NCBI GenBank assembly: GCA_024137785.1
Contig: JAHRHZ010000250.1
Location: 580,943-644,942 of the forward strand
DNA from: Ginglymostoma cirratum
Taxonomy: Eukaryota
Length of the DNA: 64,000 nucleotides
Reading direction: 5' to 3'
Positions 62,720 to 64,000 of this stretch are shown here, piece after piece. The number at the start of each line of letters is the position of its first letter. Position 1 is the stretch's first letter. A program made the translations under genes and the position numbers. Under the pieces are notes generated by a model. That model was not told the origin of the DNA and did not search any database. It saw only the letters and a list, made by a program, of their open reading frames with translations.

Positions 62720-64000
62720 AATCGATGTGTCACAGAATCGCAGAATGTGGGAATTCCTGCCAATGTGTTGCCAGTGGAATGCCACCGTTTGAGACGTCTG
62801 CTGTTGCTGGAGAGGAATGTTAATTGGAAAGAGCAGGTTTCAATTGTCCCGGTCTGTAGGTACAACTATATGGAAGGGAGGTTTGCGCAGTCGTTGTGAG
62901 GAACAAAGCTTCAAAACAAGAAGCAGACCCTCAAAAATCATAACCTCTGCATTATTTTCCGGCGCCACGTGCAAATTGACATAGGGCAAATGAGACCACA
63001 GAGAAGATTGCGAGGCCAAAGAGTTGTGCGAGAGATGTGGGTTTATGCGTGGGTGAGCGTGACTAATGCTGTGAAAACTGGAATCTGTACTCAGCTGTAC
63101 TTCACCCGTACTGTCCACAGGCCAGTCTTTTTGTTGACTACATAACGAGGGAAGTAGAAGAGATTTTAAGTTAAGCATTGAATTAAATGGGGACAAAGAA
63201 TCAAATAGGAAACGATGCTGTAAATGAAACACAGATCAAGTTCAAATAGAAAGACAGCAGGACGGGAAGTCAGAAACAGACCACGACAGGCGGGGAGAGA
63301 GCAATTACATGATAATAAGAATCAACCAACAGATAAGACTTGAATTTATAAAGAGAGTAAAAGGGTATAACAAATTTCTTGATATCTGAAAGCATGAAAT
63401 GCTTGAAGCAATACAAATAACCCGAGAATGCAGGTAGAAATGAAGAAATACGACCCACTATGGATCAAAGAGACATTTCAGCAGCTGATAAGGCTTTGGA
63501 GCTGAGTATTTTCGGTACAGGACATTTAAGAATGGCAGGAAAATGTGAAGGGGTGACTTTGTTAGTTAAAGATTGTATCAGCATAAGAGACAAAGGTACC
63601 TAAGTCCAGAAAAGTGAGATGTGGAACCAGTTTGTATGGAAGCTAGAAATGATAAAGTCAAAGTCGTTTTGGAGTAGAAGTCAGACCTTGAAGCAATTAT
63701 GCAGTTCAGTAGAGCAAAAAGGCAGAAGGAGTGCGAGCTTGTCGGAAAGGAATGGCACAAAACAATGGAAGCTTCAATGTTCATATAGGCAGAGACAGCC
63801 TTGATGAGGGGATCATAGAATGTATTTCGGACACTTTTTAAAAACCATTTATTCTGGAGCCTAGTGGACACCAGACCATACCAGATCTAGCTTTAATTTT
63901 AATAAGGTAGAACTAATTAATGATGTCACTGTAATGACGCCCTCGATAGCAGCTACCATAACATGATTGAAATCAGCATTCAGTTTGAGGGAGCGGAATG
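62720..64000 (+). mobile_element. Decayed CR1-like LINE, paralog of 29330-30410
   Basis: Colinear with 29330-30410. Confidence 0.55.

Larger units (their letters stand above)
50115..64000 (+). repeat. Segmental duplication, copy 2 (paralogous to 18580-30410)
   Basis: See the anchors listed for copy 1. Carries private insertions (about 51900-52850, 53570-54780 and 61477-61808). Confidence 0.9.

Overview
Vertebrate DNA, most likely from a cartilaginous fish (shark), inferred from the repeat families. The window is part of a clustered protocadherin (Pcdh) array on the + strand. It holds three intact single-exon Pcdh ORFs (24508-26913, 43542-45938, 58009-60414), three damaged copies (222-1112, 17206-18577, 39556-39805) and six copies of a CSE-like promoter motif (GTGTCGCTGTCTACCAATAAG), one with no exon behind it. 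A two-gene cassette (type A + type B Pcdh) is duplicated about 26-33 kb apart. The two type-B genes are near-identical despite clearly diverged flanks, and a diverged 'fossil' 3' end sits behind the first copy, a directional footprint of gene conversion. Intergenic DNA is decayed retroelements: CR1 and related LINEs, one apparently with a tRNA-derived head; a Gmr1-order Gypsy element; SINEs; an R2-like RT fragment; and Penelope-type terminal repeats carrying minimal hammerhead-ribozyme cores. All identities and family calls were judged by eye, no searches were run, and repeat boundaries are approximate.
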